A DNA stretch of 64,000 nt, taken from Octopus bimaculoides. Taxonomy: Eukaryota. The stretch spans positions 8,996,259 through 9,060,258 of the forward strand of contig NC_068991.1 in NCBI RefSeq assembly GCF_001194135.2, given 5' to 3'. This document shows positions 26,188 through 37,715 of this stretch, in pieces. Both the position numbers and the translations under genes were made by a program. A model generated the notes under the pieces. The model searched no databases and was not told where the DNA came from. It was given only the letters and a program-made list of their open reading frames with translations. How positions within the stretch are numbered: position 1 is the first letter of the stretch; every line of letters starts with the position of its first letter.

Positions 26188-26331
26188 GTAAAAACCATTT
26201 TTGGTCTGGATGGCAAGAAGAAGGTGCGTCTTAGCCACACGCCTGATGGTAACTCCCCTGTAAAGGACTCTGTAAAAGGAGAAGAAGTTCGCAGCCTTCA
26301 TTCATCATCCATCTTTGTATTACAATCATGA
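26188..26331 (+). CDS. IARS1: IARS1 terminal coding exon
   Basis: tacag|GTA...TGA; VKTIFGLDGKKKVRL...IFVLQS*. In-window CDS totals 3113 nt with an uninterrupted frame. Confidence 0.92.
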   Translation, partial: VKTIFGLDGKKKVRLSHTPDGNSPVKDSVKGEEVRSLHSSSIFVLQS

Positions 26332-26529
26332 CATCAGTGTCAGGGGAACAGAGGAACCGAACCATTTTAGGAGGCAGCTCCTTTGGTCAGACTGCCTGAG
26401 CTGCCCTGCTAGCTGCTTCTTAATTTACCTGCTGTGATCATGATGAGGAGGAGGAGGAGGAGGAGGAGAAGGAGGGATGATGGTGATGACAATGATCATT
26501 CGTTGGCCTTTCAATTTTTGTGTTTTTAC

Positions 26530-26535
26530 AATAAA
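26530..26535 (+). terminator. Probable IARS1 polyadenylation signal
   Basis: AATAAA 199 nt after the stop, followed by a U/GU-rich tract (tgttgtttatttttatattgtg). Confidence 0.6.
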
Positions 26536-26570
26536 CATCTATTGAATTTCCATGTTGTTTATTTTTATAT

Positions 26571-26862
26571 TGTGACAGTTCGTTGCCAGTGCCGCTGGAC
26601 TGGCCTTCGTGCGAGTGGCACGTAAAATACACCATTTCGAGCGTGGCCGTTGCCAGTACCGCCTGACTGGCCTTCGTGCTGGTGGCATGTAAAAGCACCC
26701 ACTACACCCTCGGAGTGGTTGGCGTTAGGAAGGGCATCCAGCTGTAGAAACCCTGCCAAATCAGATTGGAGCCTGGTGTAGCCATCTGGTTTCACCAGTC
26801 CTCAGTGAAATCGTCCAACCCATGCTAGCATGGAAAGCGGATGTTAAACGATGATGATGATG
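26571..26862 (+). mobile_element. SINE family D, RTE/Ceph-SINE-like with (GAT)n tail. Other copies near 8990, 12700, 14895, 17790, 18617, 27575 (+) and 24879, 33330, 34670 (-)
   Basis: ttggcgttaggaagggcatccagctgtagaaac core; caacccatgctagcatggaaagcggacgttaaacgatgatgat end. Confidence 0.75.
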
Positions 26863-28090
26863 AAAAGGTGTTATGCTGGCTGTGCTTTGTCAAATACTGA
26901 AAGGCTTACAAAGAGCAGAATTAATATAATTTCTTGAAATTATCTCCCCTTCTTTTGTAAGTTGCTAACACTTGCCAAGACTACTTTTTCTCACCTAAGA
27001 GCAAATTTCAGTTTGATGAAAATGCTTTGCATATATCATTTAGTTCATTAATGCCATCCTTATTTATCTTAGTCCATGCCATTGGCTTATCTGAGTTATT
27101 TCCATCAGTTTAGTTTAGATGTTCCATGACAGTGTAATTCTGATAAGATAAACAGTTGACCTTTCAATGTGTCTGAGAATTGACAATAAGAGACCAATAT
27201 TCAAAGTAGCTAGCATTCAGCACAAACTTCCAACAATTCAATATACTGATTTATTTAAAAAACATAGAAGAGAAGCAACAATTTCCTTGGATTTTGTAGT
27301 GTTTCTTTTTTTTTGTTGTTTTTTTTTTTAATGTCAATTTTCACTTTTGTTATTATGTGATACTAACAAAGGTGAGCCAAAGAGTTCAGGAAGGTCTTGG
27401 AAGAAGTGGATTAAAATTCATATTTTAGGAACTTATCAGGTATTTTCTGCAATGCATAAAATTCACAAATTAAGTATTAAAATCAAGAAACTATATAGAA
27501 AAAAAGTTTTGTATTAGATTAATTATAATCCATTATTATAACCCATACTGGTATCATGTAAAAAAGCTCTCTTGCTGGTACCTCTTATAAAGTACCTGTG
27601 CAGGTGCCATGTGAAAAGCACCCAGTACACATTGTAAAGTGATTGACGTTAGGAAGGGCATCCAGTCATAGAAACCTTTCCAAAACATTTGGAGCCTCAT
27701 GCAGCTTGCCAACTCCTGTCAAACTGTTTAACCCATATTAGCATGGAAAACGGACATTAAATGATAATGGTCGTTAGAGCATTGGACAAAATATCTGACA
27801 TTATTTAGTTATGTTTAGAAAGCGGTGAGCTGGTAGAATCGTTAGCATGTTGGGCCAAATGCTTAGTGGTATTTTGTCCATTTTTACTTTCTGTCTTGAA
27901 ATGCCACCAAGGTCAACTTTGCCTTTCATCCTTTTGGGGGGTGAATGAAATAAGTACCAGTTATGCACTGGGGTTGATGTAATAAACTAGTCCCCTTCCC
28001 TGAAATTTCAGGCCTCGTTCCTTTAGTAGAAAGAATTATTTAGTCATAAATTTTCTGTTCTGTTATGGTCAACTGTGGAAAGCAGTTTTA

Positions 28091-28805
28091 TTGGGTCATC
28101 CCATAAATAATGCGGCTTTTTCAATTGCAAGATCTACAAGTCGGAGGGGGACAGGATAAACTACCTGCATCAACTTGCTATAAAAGCAGGTAGTAATTTT
28201 ACCTTGGACTTATTCTTAGTGCAAGTTTTGAGAGTGCAGTTCGATTTTAACAGTTATTTTTTCAAAGCTATAATGGAAGTGTCAAAGGAGCATATCTGGC
28301 ATATTTTGCTTTGAGTTCAATAAAGACAACAATGCAATGGAAACTGTGAGGAATATTAATGCAGTATATGGGGATCAGACAATAAACACAAGCCAATATC
28401 AACAGTGGTTCCAGAAATTACTGCCTAGAAGACAAGTTTTGTCCAGCCTTTGGAATGTCATCCTCGCTGTAATGTGGCTGAGCATTATCCTGATGGAAGA
28501 ACACCTTTCATCTTGAAATCAAAGATGATCGTTTTTCTTCTAGCGCTGACTTAAGCCTCTCAAACTGCTTGCAGTAGATCTCCTTTGTTATCATTTGGTT
28601 TGAGTTTAAAAGTTCAAAGTGGACTAAAACTTTCCTATCCCACCAAAGAGATAACAACACCTTACGTGGGTGAAGACCTTTAACCTGTATTCCAATTTCC
28701 TTCACTTTTCAATGATTAGCAAATGAGTGACTATCTTTTGATACAGACACAACACAGGCTACGCTGTCAGTTTTTTTGGATAAGGTTTTCAGAAATAACC
28801 CAATA
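28091..28805. mobile_element. Degenerate, internally rearranged mariner
   Basis: TA|TTGGGTCATCCCATAAATAATGCGG TIR; + strand MEVSKEHIWHILL...AVYGDQ...QWFQK from 28273; - strand GLHPRKVLLSLWWD...FHQDNAQPH at about 28440-28690. Confidence 0.85.
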
Positions 28806-28935
28806 AGTTTACCATTAATTCCGTGAAATCTTCGTGGGTCCTGCTAGTAAAATATTAACATGGAATTGCTACAAATATAACACAGAACAAAAAAAATGAA
28901 CACGCACACATAATAAATGTCTTCAAATTGAATTA

Positions 28936-28983
28936 TCAGTAATAGTTTTGCATTGGCAAAAGAAATGAAGAGATGTATGTAGT
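28936..28983 (-). CDS. LMNTD1-like putative terminal exon
   Basis: cttccacag|ACT...TGA; TTYISSFLLPMQNYY*; phase 0 fits; a 10-N gap at 29339 could hide another exon. Confidence 0.4.
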   Translation of the reverse strand, partial: TTYISSFLLPMQNYY

Positions 28984-29779
28984 CTGTGGAAGTATTACAA
29001 GGGATAAGAAGTCTGTTTGGGACAGAACTGTTTCTGGGCAAATTCAAATAAGCTAAGGCACTATATGTGTCTCTATTCTTTGAGTATAATAATGCAAATC
29101 AGATCTCAATGTAAATAATTCATTAACTTTTTAACTGGAAATTTTGTTTAACTAAATAAGAAAAATCAATAAACAATTGAATTCAATTTTTTCTCTATGA
29201 TTTTGACAGCCACAAAACTGGTTAGAAGATAATATAAATTTATTAAGAATCAACTTCCAGGAAATTTTAAAAGTTTGCAGCTAAATTAGATTGCTTTAAC
29301 ATGTTAACCACTGTGGCCTGTTACTGGAACTTACTGGTNNNNNNNNNNAAATGTTTAGGACTGTTTGGGAAAAATGAAAGGAAATGGCTGATGGTATTCC
29401 TTGTGTTCCAATGCTTCATTGAAAGGTAAAAGTGCAAGCTTTTAAAAACCTTCCAAACAAGTAAAATAAGAGAAGTACTGCATTTTCCAGCATACATGCC
29501 AACATCGTACATAGTGAAAACATTCAAACATCATCACTATCTTTTCAAATCCTGCTGCATTTCGCATGCACTTTTTGGTCCTCCATAGTCGTCTTGGTGT
29601 ATAAACCAACCAACTTTTTTTTTTTTGGCTGTAAATTTTGGTCCAAAAAATTCAATAAAACTTATTTTGATTGACTAGAAGGGAGGAAAAAAAGCTAAAA
29701 AACAATAGGATGGAGCTGGGATTGAAACAGTAAAAAAAGGTTAACTGGAAAATAGATATAGAACAAGAATAAAACTCAC

Positions 29780-29853
29780 TGAACAGTCAAAATTTTGTGA
29801 TACAGAATTGCAACTTGCTCGAGCAATCATTGCTGAGTTCTTGATACGACATT
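29780..29853 (-). CDS. LMNTD1-like exon
   Basis: T-rich tract atcag|AA...TCA|gtgagt; only the phase-1 frame is open, matching the upstream exon; CRIKNSAMIARASCNSVSQNFDCS. Confidence 0.55.
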
Positions 29854-30305
29854 CTGATAAAAAAAAAAATAATAAAATAAAACAAAATATTGTGCAGCCA
29901 TTTTCTGTATTATAGAAATGCTGCATTCATGAAAATTTTGCCACAATGGAATTTCATAACAAAACCATTTTTTTCATTGACTTCCATGTGACATGGCAGT
30001 CAATGGGAAATAGGGTTTGCATTATGGAAACTTGCTTCCCAACCATGTGGTCTCAAGTTCAGTCCCACTGTGTGACACCTTGGGCAAATGTCTTCTACTA
30101 TTATAGCACAGGGCCAACCAAAGCTTTGTGAGTGGATTTGGTAGAGGGAAACTGAGAGAAGCCAGTCATATATGTGTGTGTGTCTGTGTGTATGTTAACG
30201 ATTCTGCCAGCTTGCCACCTTACATTGGACCTTATAATATTAAGAATATTTATTTTATCAGCACTTGATATGTTACAGATTCTATTTAATTTTTTTTTTT
30301 AACAC

Positions 30306-30306
<1 letters not shown>

Positions 30307-30371
<65 letters not shown>
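30307..30371. repeat. A65 homopolymer
   Basis: Seen directly, 6 nt after a T12 run. Confidence 0.95.
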
Positions 30372-30375
<4 letters not shown>

Positions 30376-30473
30376 AAAGATGAATTTAATTCTTTATTTT
30401 TCATTTTTATTTATCACTATTATCCAAAGTTGCTTAATCCCTACACTAAACATTTCTAAAGTATCATCTATAG

Positions 30474-30689
30474 CAGTGGTTCTCAACCAGGGTCCGTATG
30501 GCCCTTGGTGGGTGGGGTTCATATAAGATTTTGTTGTTAATATTTATCAGTTATAAATTGGTTGTACACAAAATATTTTAACAATTTTATTAAAATATAT
30601 GATTTTTTAAACATCAAAGAGCTAGGGGTCCAACAGAGAAAAATAGAAATCAAAAGGGTCCACTGGCAAAAAATGGTTGAGAACCACTG
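30474..30689. mobile_element. hAT-type MITE
   Basis: Perfect TIR CAGTGGTTCTCAACC; TSD ATCTATAG/ATCCATAG. Confidence 0.85.
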
Positions 30690-30751
30690 ATCCATAGTAT
30701 CATCCCACTAAGAACTTTAGATACCAAAACAATTCTACAAACATTACTTAC

Positions 30752-30912
30752 TCGAAATAAGTGAGAATACTGAAGCATTTCGATTTTTGACCGTAGAAAT
30801 AGGCGTCTCTTTTACTATCTTCAGTTCTGAACATGGATGGCAATCATGGCCAGATGGCAAACCATAGGGATGTTTAACATGGTTGACATTCCATTTAACT
30901 TTCGGTCTAGCT
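30752..30912 (-). CDS. LMNTD1-like exon
   Basis: ttttccattag|A...A|gtaagt; ARPKVKWNVNHVKHPYGLPSGHDCHPCSELK...LIS; strong splice sites, open frame. Confidence 0.65.
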
Positions 30913-31269
30913 CTAATGGAAAACAGAAATTCAACAAATAATTTAGTGATTTCAGTTACAGACAGTGGTGTTATTTTATGTGCACTATTTACATTAGTTG
31001 GACTGATGTCTTCATCCTGATTGTCACTGTCTACGAGTACAGTGTAGTGGATAAAGGTGTTGGTTAATGCAATGCAGACATCTAGAGGTTTTGAGTTCAA
31101 TCACAGGCAAAACAGTAAGGCACTAGCTTAGCTAGAGTGTGTGCTGCCTGGGGCAGCCCTTCCATTTGCTACACCCAGACCCCATAAATAACACATATTG
31201 CCTACAGCAGACCCAAAAGTATCACCTGAGGTGGACTGCATCTACCGCTCACCCCACTAGCTATAAGAC

Positions 31270-32058
31270 ACTTGAACATCTCAGGTTTAAGTTCTTCTTT
31301 CACACATCTCACACATCCTGTTGACTGTTCTTGCATATGTGAGAAAATCAACATTCTCTTTTTTTCGATATATTCCAACACACCATTCGAGTGTTAAATA
31401 GAGAAGTTTTATCACCGAATATGTTAGACAGTAATTCTATTGTTTCTTGAAAACAAATTTCATTGGATTTTTTGGGCAATATGAAATTACAGTAATGTTC
31501 ATGCCAGGTTTTGCAATAACAACCTCAGTTTTTGTTTGTCCAACCATGATTTACAATCTTGCTTAAAAATCTCCTTGTACCTTCTATAGTATGATGCAAA
31601 AGTTATATCCTCATCGGGGTCATAACTGAATTTTAGTAATCAAGCTCGAAACACCATCTGGCGAAAATAAACAGTTTTGGACTTCTTTGCTGTAATAGTT
31701 GCTTTGGCAACTCTTGTTGCTGTTCTTGTTGCTTTTTCAACTGTACTATGGAAGTTAATAAGTTTTTTTGTTATTTAACAAGTTGTATAACGAACAAATT
31801 GCTAAATAATCTGCGTGAGCTTTGAAACCCTCGTCGCCAGATGTTGTAATGTAATTTGTTATGCACAATAAATAAGATAACCAGACAACAGTAAAAACAA
31901 TGTAATGAACTAACTAATCTCTTTATGAAGCAACAATCAATATTCTTGTGAACTAACCAACTAAATAATTTAAATAACCTTCCGACTTCATTGCAAACTT
32001 ACACGAACTACGCTTGACTCTGAACTCTGGACTTCTCGAACTCACTTGGATCGTTACA
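31270..32058 (-). mobile_element. Truncated Ty3/Gypsy (K02A2.6-like): 5' LTR 31842-32058, PBS and gag fragment
   Basis: TGTAACGA...CAACA LTR; PBS TGGCGACGAGG; Q-rich N-terminus then FSYDPDEDITFASYYRRYKEIF...YCNFILPK...LFN...MFKCLI with frameshifts; no 3' LTR found. Confidence 0.85.
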
Positions 32059-33010
32059 ATAAAAATAAAACAGCTAGCATAAGGAGTCTTTGAAAGGAAT
32101 TGGAAACAATTATAGACTGTGTTCAGCCAACAATTGTTTTCTTTCAAAGGACCAGAAAACAACTGTAGACAATATCAAGCCAGCAATTGTAGACAAATTG
32201 CAGCCAACAAGTGTCGTTTTTCAAAAGACCAGGCTCTAGATAGGGTCCAGTTACAAGGACTAGAAATTAAGGACTAAGATAAATATCATGTCATTGAGAA
32301 ATATACAAAGAGTACATTATTCTGTTCTTACCTTTTATTTGATGTAACTTTCGTTGATTTTTTGCTCACAACTTTGTCCACTTCTGGCTCAAAAGGCTGG
32401 TCTTCCACAATAACTGGCACTAGCAAGAAACAAATAATTTTTTGAGTTGCTATGGTTGTGAGACTAAAGCACAATGAGCTATGAACCAAATGGCCATAGT
32501 GAGTTCAAACCTTAAATGACTAAATCCACTGAGCAAAAATCAAAACAGGGTTTGGCTTAGATTATTTGACTGACTGAGTTCCAACCATTACCTTACTGTT
32601 AAGTGAAAGACGAAGGATATTCATTAATGAAACAAATCTTTATAAGAATTGCTTTACATCCCTTTCCAGTAAAAAAAAAAAGCTTTCATATAATTTTAAG
32701 GGAAATTTTCTAGAACTATTGCTGAAGTGTGTGAAATAGGAGTGACACCTGCAGTCAAACTAAAAGCTTACCAATGTGAGCAACATAATGGTTGTTGTAA
32801 GGCATGAACTTGTATTCATGTAGACACATAGTCAAGTTCCTTAACCTCAGACATTGAAACCTAAAATCAGTGTTTTAAAGGTATGAAGATATTCGCAGAA
32901 ACTTATATTATTTGGTAAGCATCAGTGTAAAAGAGCCATCTGTGTATCATACTTAATGTATGCACACAGTTGATAGATCAGTTACTGCCGAATTTGTCCA
33001 GAGATAATAC

Positions 33011-33279
33011 CTCTTATGGGATTGCTGTGTTGAAAACAATAAATATCAGAAAGGGACAAAAATTCACCTCAGCAGAGGCTAGCAACAGTTTCAGATGCAT
33101 TTTAGCCCTTCTGGACTTCTTCAGTGGTGTGTAAATGCATCCAGCCACATGCCAGGATGAGGATTTGTCATCTCTGATGTAGGAAGAATTGAATAAAACA
33201 TTCACCACTGATGTTGTGAAAAGCTACCTGACTGAATAAAAATCCAGTTGCTGGGACAAATTTTCATCTCTCTCTGAAT
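33011..33279 (-). CDS. LMNTD1-like candidate small exons (33228-33279, 33068-33173, 33011-33024)
   Basis: Frame-compatible chain bridging phase 1 to phase 2; needs weak sites and 54/43-nt introns; exact structure uncertain. Confidence 0.3.
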
Positions 33280-33878
33280 CTTGTTGATTTTTTTTAAACA
33301 TTAAGTCCATAAGAGCTGTCATCATCGTCATGGTCATCATCATCATCATTTAACATCTGTCTTCTGTGCTAGCATGGATTGGATGGTTTGACAGGAGTTG
33401 GTAAGCTAGAGGACTGCACCATGCTCCACTGGAATGGTTTTTACAGCAGGAGAAAAATGAATTTACTCCAGTACTTGACAGATACCTTATTTGTTGATCT
33501 TAGAAGGACAAACGGTAACGTTGGCCTTGGTGGGATTTGAAATCAGAGCACAAAGACCTGAAATAAAAACTGTAGCGCATTCTATCTAACACCCTAACAA
33601 CTGCTAATTTGCTGCAAGTGAATTATGTGATTCTAACAAAAAAGAATTGCACTGGATCCAATTTATTGAGAATTAACAAGATGTCAGTAGAATAATCAGT
33701 AGACACCTGCATAATCAGTAGAATAATCAGTAGACACCTGCACAATCAGTAGAATCTGCTTCTATCATACAAATCTGTGACAGGTTTTAAACACTGCCTC
33801 ACCACCTCTGACTAATCAATAAAACAGAACAAAAAAAAAAAAAAAAAAAAAAGGCTGAATTTAGAGGTGTATACTTAC

Positions 33879-33948
33879 TAGTTTCGTTTAAATTCTTTTT
33901 TAATGTCATCTTAGATGGTTTCATAAAAGGATTTGTCCATGCAATAGC
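33879..33948 (-). CDS. LMNTD1: LMNTD1-like exon, end of LTD
   Basis: atatag|GCT...A|gtaagt after a 100-nt intron; AIAWTNPFMKPSKMTLKKNLNET (human GQ|AIAWY). Confidence 0.85.
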
Positions 33949-34048
33949 CTATATGAAGAAAATAATAATAATAAGAGTGTTAGAAAGTTGAAAGAGTAGG
34001 AAAAGGGTTAATATCAAAGGAATTGAATGGAGTGTGAAACCAACCTAC

Positions 34049-34282
34049 CTGACCCTTAGGATTGCATAAGATGGTGGTGACATCTGATTCAGTGGCCCAG
34101 CTAGGTTGCTCTTTAAACAGGTAATCCAAAGGTGACTGGTTATAGATGTCTGTGTGTGTTGAGGATGCCCATACAGTCATTATAGAGTTTCGAGGAAATT
34201 TTGCTTGTGAAGGGAACCTAAAAATGACAATAGGTTCACCCTTGAGGTTCTGTTGAATAATGTGTTTACCAATTTCCATTTC
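34049..34282 (-). CDS. LMNTD1: LMNTD1-like exon, core lamin tail domain
   Basis: tttcag|GAA...CAG|gtaggt; EMEIGKHIIQQNLKGEPIVIFRFPSQAKFPRNSIMTVWASS...DYLFKEQ...TTILCNPKGQ vs recalled human EMAIGDHILQQNVNGQ...TVTVWAA...DFLWKEQ...ITILCKPNGQ. Confidence 0.9.
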
Positions 34283-34355
34283 CTGAAATAAGGTTAGAAA
34301 GTATCAAAATAAAAGCAAAAATACCCAACTAGATTCTCAAAAGATTCCACATATA

Positions 34356-34577
34356 CGAGGGGATGGTGCTGAGAAGTTCCTGGCTTTAAGAGTGTCACGA
34401 AAGGTCTGGTTGGAAGCCCAACCTTCCAAGTTCTTTTACAGGGCTTAGATTTAAACTGAAGGACTGCTGCAATAAGTGTGTGAATCTGACAGGGGAACAT
34501 GTTGATTAAAATCATAATTAACTGATCCTCCTGTATTTTCTTTTACTCAATGCGAGGAACTTTTCAGCATCACATCA
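34356..34577 (+). mobile_element. Non-autonomous mariner derivative
   Basis: TA|CGAGGGGATGGTGCTGAGAAGTTCC ... GGAACTTTTCAGCATCACATCA|TA; retains transposase C-terminal remnant KLKDCCNKCVNLTGEHVD*. Confidence 0.75.
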
Positions 34578-35255
34578 TACATACATACATACATTTGATA
34601 GATACATACATACCCAACTAGATTCTCAAACTCAAAAGAGTTATATTGAAAATAGAGTTTAAATACAGGTCATCATCGTCGTTGTTGTCGTCATCATCAT
34701 CATTTAATGTCCATTTTCCATGCTGGCATGGGTTGGATGGTTTGACAGGATCCAGTAAACTGCAAGGTTGCACTCAGTTCCTATGTTAGCTTTGCATAGT
34801 TTCGATGGCTGGATACCTTTCCTAATGCCAACCACTTTACAGTGCGTACTAGGTACCACCAGCACTAGTGAGGTTCCCAAGTAACTTGCAGAAGAAGAAA
34901 CAGGGGAAAAAGAGAAGGAAAAGGCTTCCACAACTAAGTGGGAGGAGGATATGAGAGGGGGAGGTGGCTTTATACCAGGTGTTGAAAGCTGAAGTATGAT
35001 TGAGAGACAAGCAGAGGAGTCTAGCTATAGAGGTGATACATTGTCAGCCCACATTATAGAACAGTGGGAGAAGTATTTTATTTTCTTGATTTCGAAAGAA
35101 TGAAAGGCAAGTGGACCATGTCAGGATTTGAACTCAGAACATAAAGAATGGGAAGAAATACCATTTAGCATTTCATCCGATATGCTAACGATTCTGCCAA
35201 ATCATCATTTTCATCTAGAGATAATAATTAAAATATATAAGAAAGAAGAACTTAC

Positions 35256-35334
35256 CTTTTCTTCAGAATTATACAGTCGTATAAACTTGCCATTGGGATC
35301 AACTTCCAAAATACTGAAATGAGCGAAGGCACTG
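35256..35334 (-). CDS. LMNTD1: LMNTD1-like exon, start of lamin tail domain
   Basis: ttccag|C...AAG|gtaagt; SAFAHFSILEVDPNGKFIRLYNSEEK, typical LTD N-terminal strands. Confidence 0.85.
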
Positions 35335-35734
35335 CTGGAATGGAAGTAAAAAATAAACAGTGAAGAATCATAGGTGGAAGCTGATGATGTTGCTATTGTT
35401 GTTGTTGTGGTGGTGGTAATGGTGGTGGTGATGATGGTGGTAGTGGCAGTGTTGGTGATAGCATTAGCAATGGTGAAGTGATGATGACTGTAGTTGTAGT
35501 GCTTAGCCCAAGGTCAGTACTGACTAAGCAGACCTGTGATCAAAAGCATTCCAGCCATGACTATTACAACACTGTGACATTGAACCTGAAACCATGTGGT
35601 TGGGAAGCAAACTTCTTACCGCACAACCATGACTATGTGTATAAAACTGTTTAGGGTTTGACACTGAGAGAAAAGAAATAACCACAAATCAAACAAATAT
35701 CCAAATGCTATAGAGAAGATATGAAATTAGTTAC

Positions 35735-35906
35735 CTTGGATACTTGGTAGAATAATCATGATATTTGAGCTTCTCATAATATTTAGCTACGTGTTGCCAT
35801 AGTTCTACACTTCTACTTTGATTAGAAGATTTACTATTGAAAATCTGATCAGAAGATTTTCCTTCAATGAAATCTGATGGAGAACTGAAGTCCCATGGCC
35901 GAAAGC
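35735..35906 (-). CDS. LMNTD1-like exon
   Basis: tttcag|GC...AG|gtaact; FRPWDFSSPSDFIEGKSSDQ...YSTKYP; phase 2 fits next exon. Confidence 0.65.
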
Positions 35907-37715
35907 CTGAAAGATTTAAACAGAAGAATATATTATATTGGGAACAAAAGAGAGCACTGGACAAAATGCCTTGCAATATTTAGTTACATTAAGGCAGTGA
36001 GCTAGCAGAATCGTTACTGAGAGATGAAAAGAAAACTAAAGGAGAAAGAAAAATTCATTGAGATTTTAAAATGTATTGAAATTAGTTGGACTGTTTCCTC
36101 TTTTTCTGTTCTTGAAGTGGTTGTACGAATAAGGCATTTGTGTACAATCACACAGTGAATTCAGTGTAGTTTAATTAGACACATTTCCAGCTAAGAAATC
36201 TAGTCTTACTGTAAAGTAGACTGTAGCATCAATACTACACAGATTTATATGTCACTGATTTAATTACTGAAGTAGCTGCCAGAAATGTGTTATTTACGCA
36301 AATCAAATTTTCCAATTAAGTGGAGGCCTTAATAGATGTCTCCATGGTTTGTTACAAACAGGTACTCAGTTCCGAAAGTGATTTTCCTGAAAGTCAGTTG
36401 GACTTATCCTTCATAATCTATCAATGAAGACATTGTGTAAAAGACAGTTACTCATGGTTTCTGTAGCATTTAATTCAATTACTTAGTTCAATTACATATA
36501 CAGTATCAGCTAAAAGTTAAGATTTACTCTGAAGTATCTTATACTTCAATGTACTAATGATCCACATAAATGCATATGCTTTCTCATTGACTCTACTCGC
36601 TTATCGTCATTATCCCAACTACTTGTCATTTGAACTCTTCTTCACCAGCAAATATCAGCTTTACATACTTTTAGCTGTCTACTCTCCTTTCCTCTTCTGC
36701 AAGTCAAACATTATCAATATCCATCTCACTCTCTTACCTCCAACCATTTGCCCAACTATTCATTTCTCTCTAGTATTATTCTCCACTATGGATGCCTCTC
36801 TCTAATCCTTCCATCCTCTTTCATATTACTTTCAAATTTTGGCATGAGACCAGCAGTTTCAGGGATGGGGGCGTAAGCCAATTACAATAACCTCAGTGCT
36901 CAATTGGTACTTATTTTATTGACCTTGAAACAATGAAAGGCAAAGATGACCTTGGCGGAATTTGAACTCAGAATATAAAGATGGATAGAATGCTGCTAGG
37001 TATACCAATGACTCTGCCAGTTCACCACCTTCATCTTCTTTCATATTGTCACCATAATCACTTTGTTTTTACTATTTCAGCCTCTTCCTACATCTCACCC
37101 TAATTCATCTGCATTCACCTCAGTCACCCTGCATCATTCTTCACACTGAAGCCCCATTCTCCATCTCAGCCTAACTCATTTTGTTGCAATGGCTTTCTTT
37201 TCTATCCACTCTATCAATCAAAAAAAAAAACCTTGAGCAATGGGGATTTCTTTTGTCTTAGGCATGAGACGTTTTGGCACAGCTGTTTTGACACCACCAA
37301 TTTGACATCACTGATTCAACACTGACTTATTTGACATCAGACATTTTAATGTTTCTTTTATTTTCTCCCCTCCCTGCTTCTCTTTCTTTGTTTATGAATA
37401 CAAGCATCTAATTTTGTTCTTATGTATTTATAATTGTATATATATATATATTTGTGTGTATCTGTGTTTGTCCAATCGCTTGACAGCTGATGTTGGTGTG
37501 TTTACATCCCCGGTAACTTAGCAGTTTGGCAAAAGAAACCGATAGAATAAGTACTAGGCTTACAAAGAATAAGTCCTTGGGGCAATTTGTCCAACTAAAG
37601 AGGGTGCTCCAGCATGGCTGCAGTCAAATGACTGAAACAAGTAAAAAAATAAAAAGATATAAAAAACCTGTATTGAAGGTCTGCGTGAAAGTCCTGCTTA
37701 TATTGAAGCTCTTAC

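Noticed and set aside
30744-31100. 118-aa ORF as continuation of Gypsy gag
   Set aside because: No gag or zinc-knuckle match; only 30752-30912 has strong splice sites that fit the LMNTD1-like chain.
33690-33812. Next LMNTD1-like exon after 33879 using the acceptors near 33810
   Set aside because: Both phase-compatible frames hit stop codons before any good donor.
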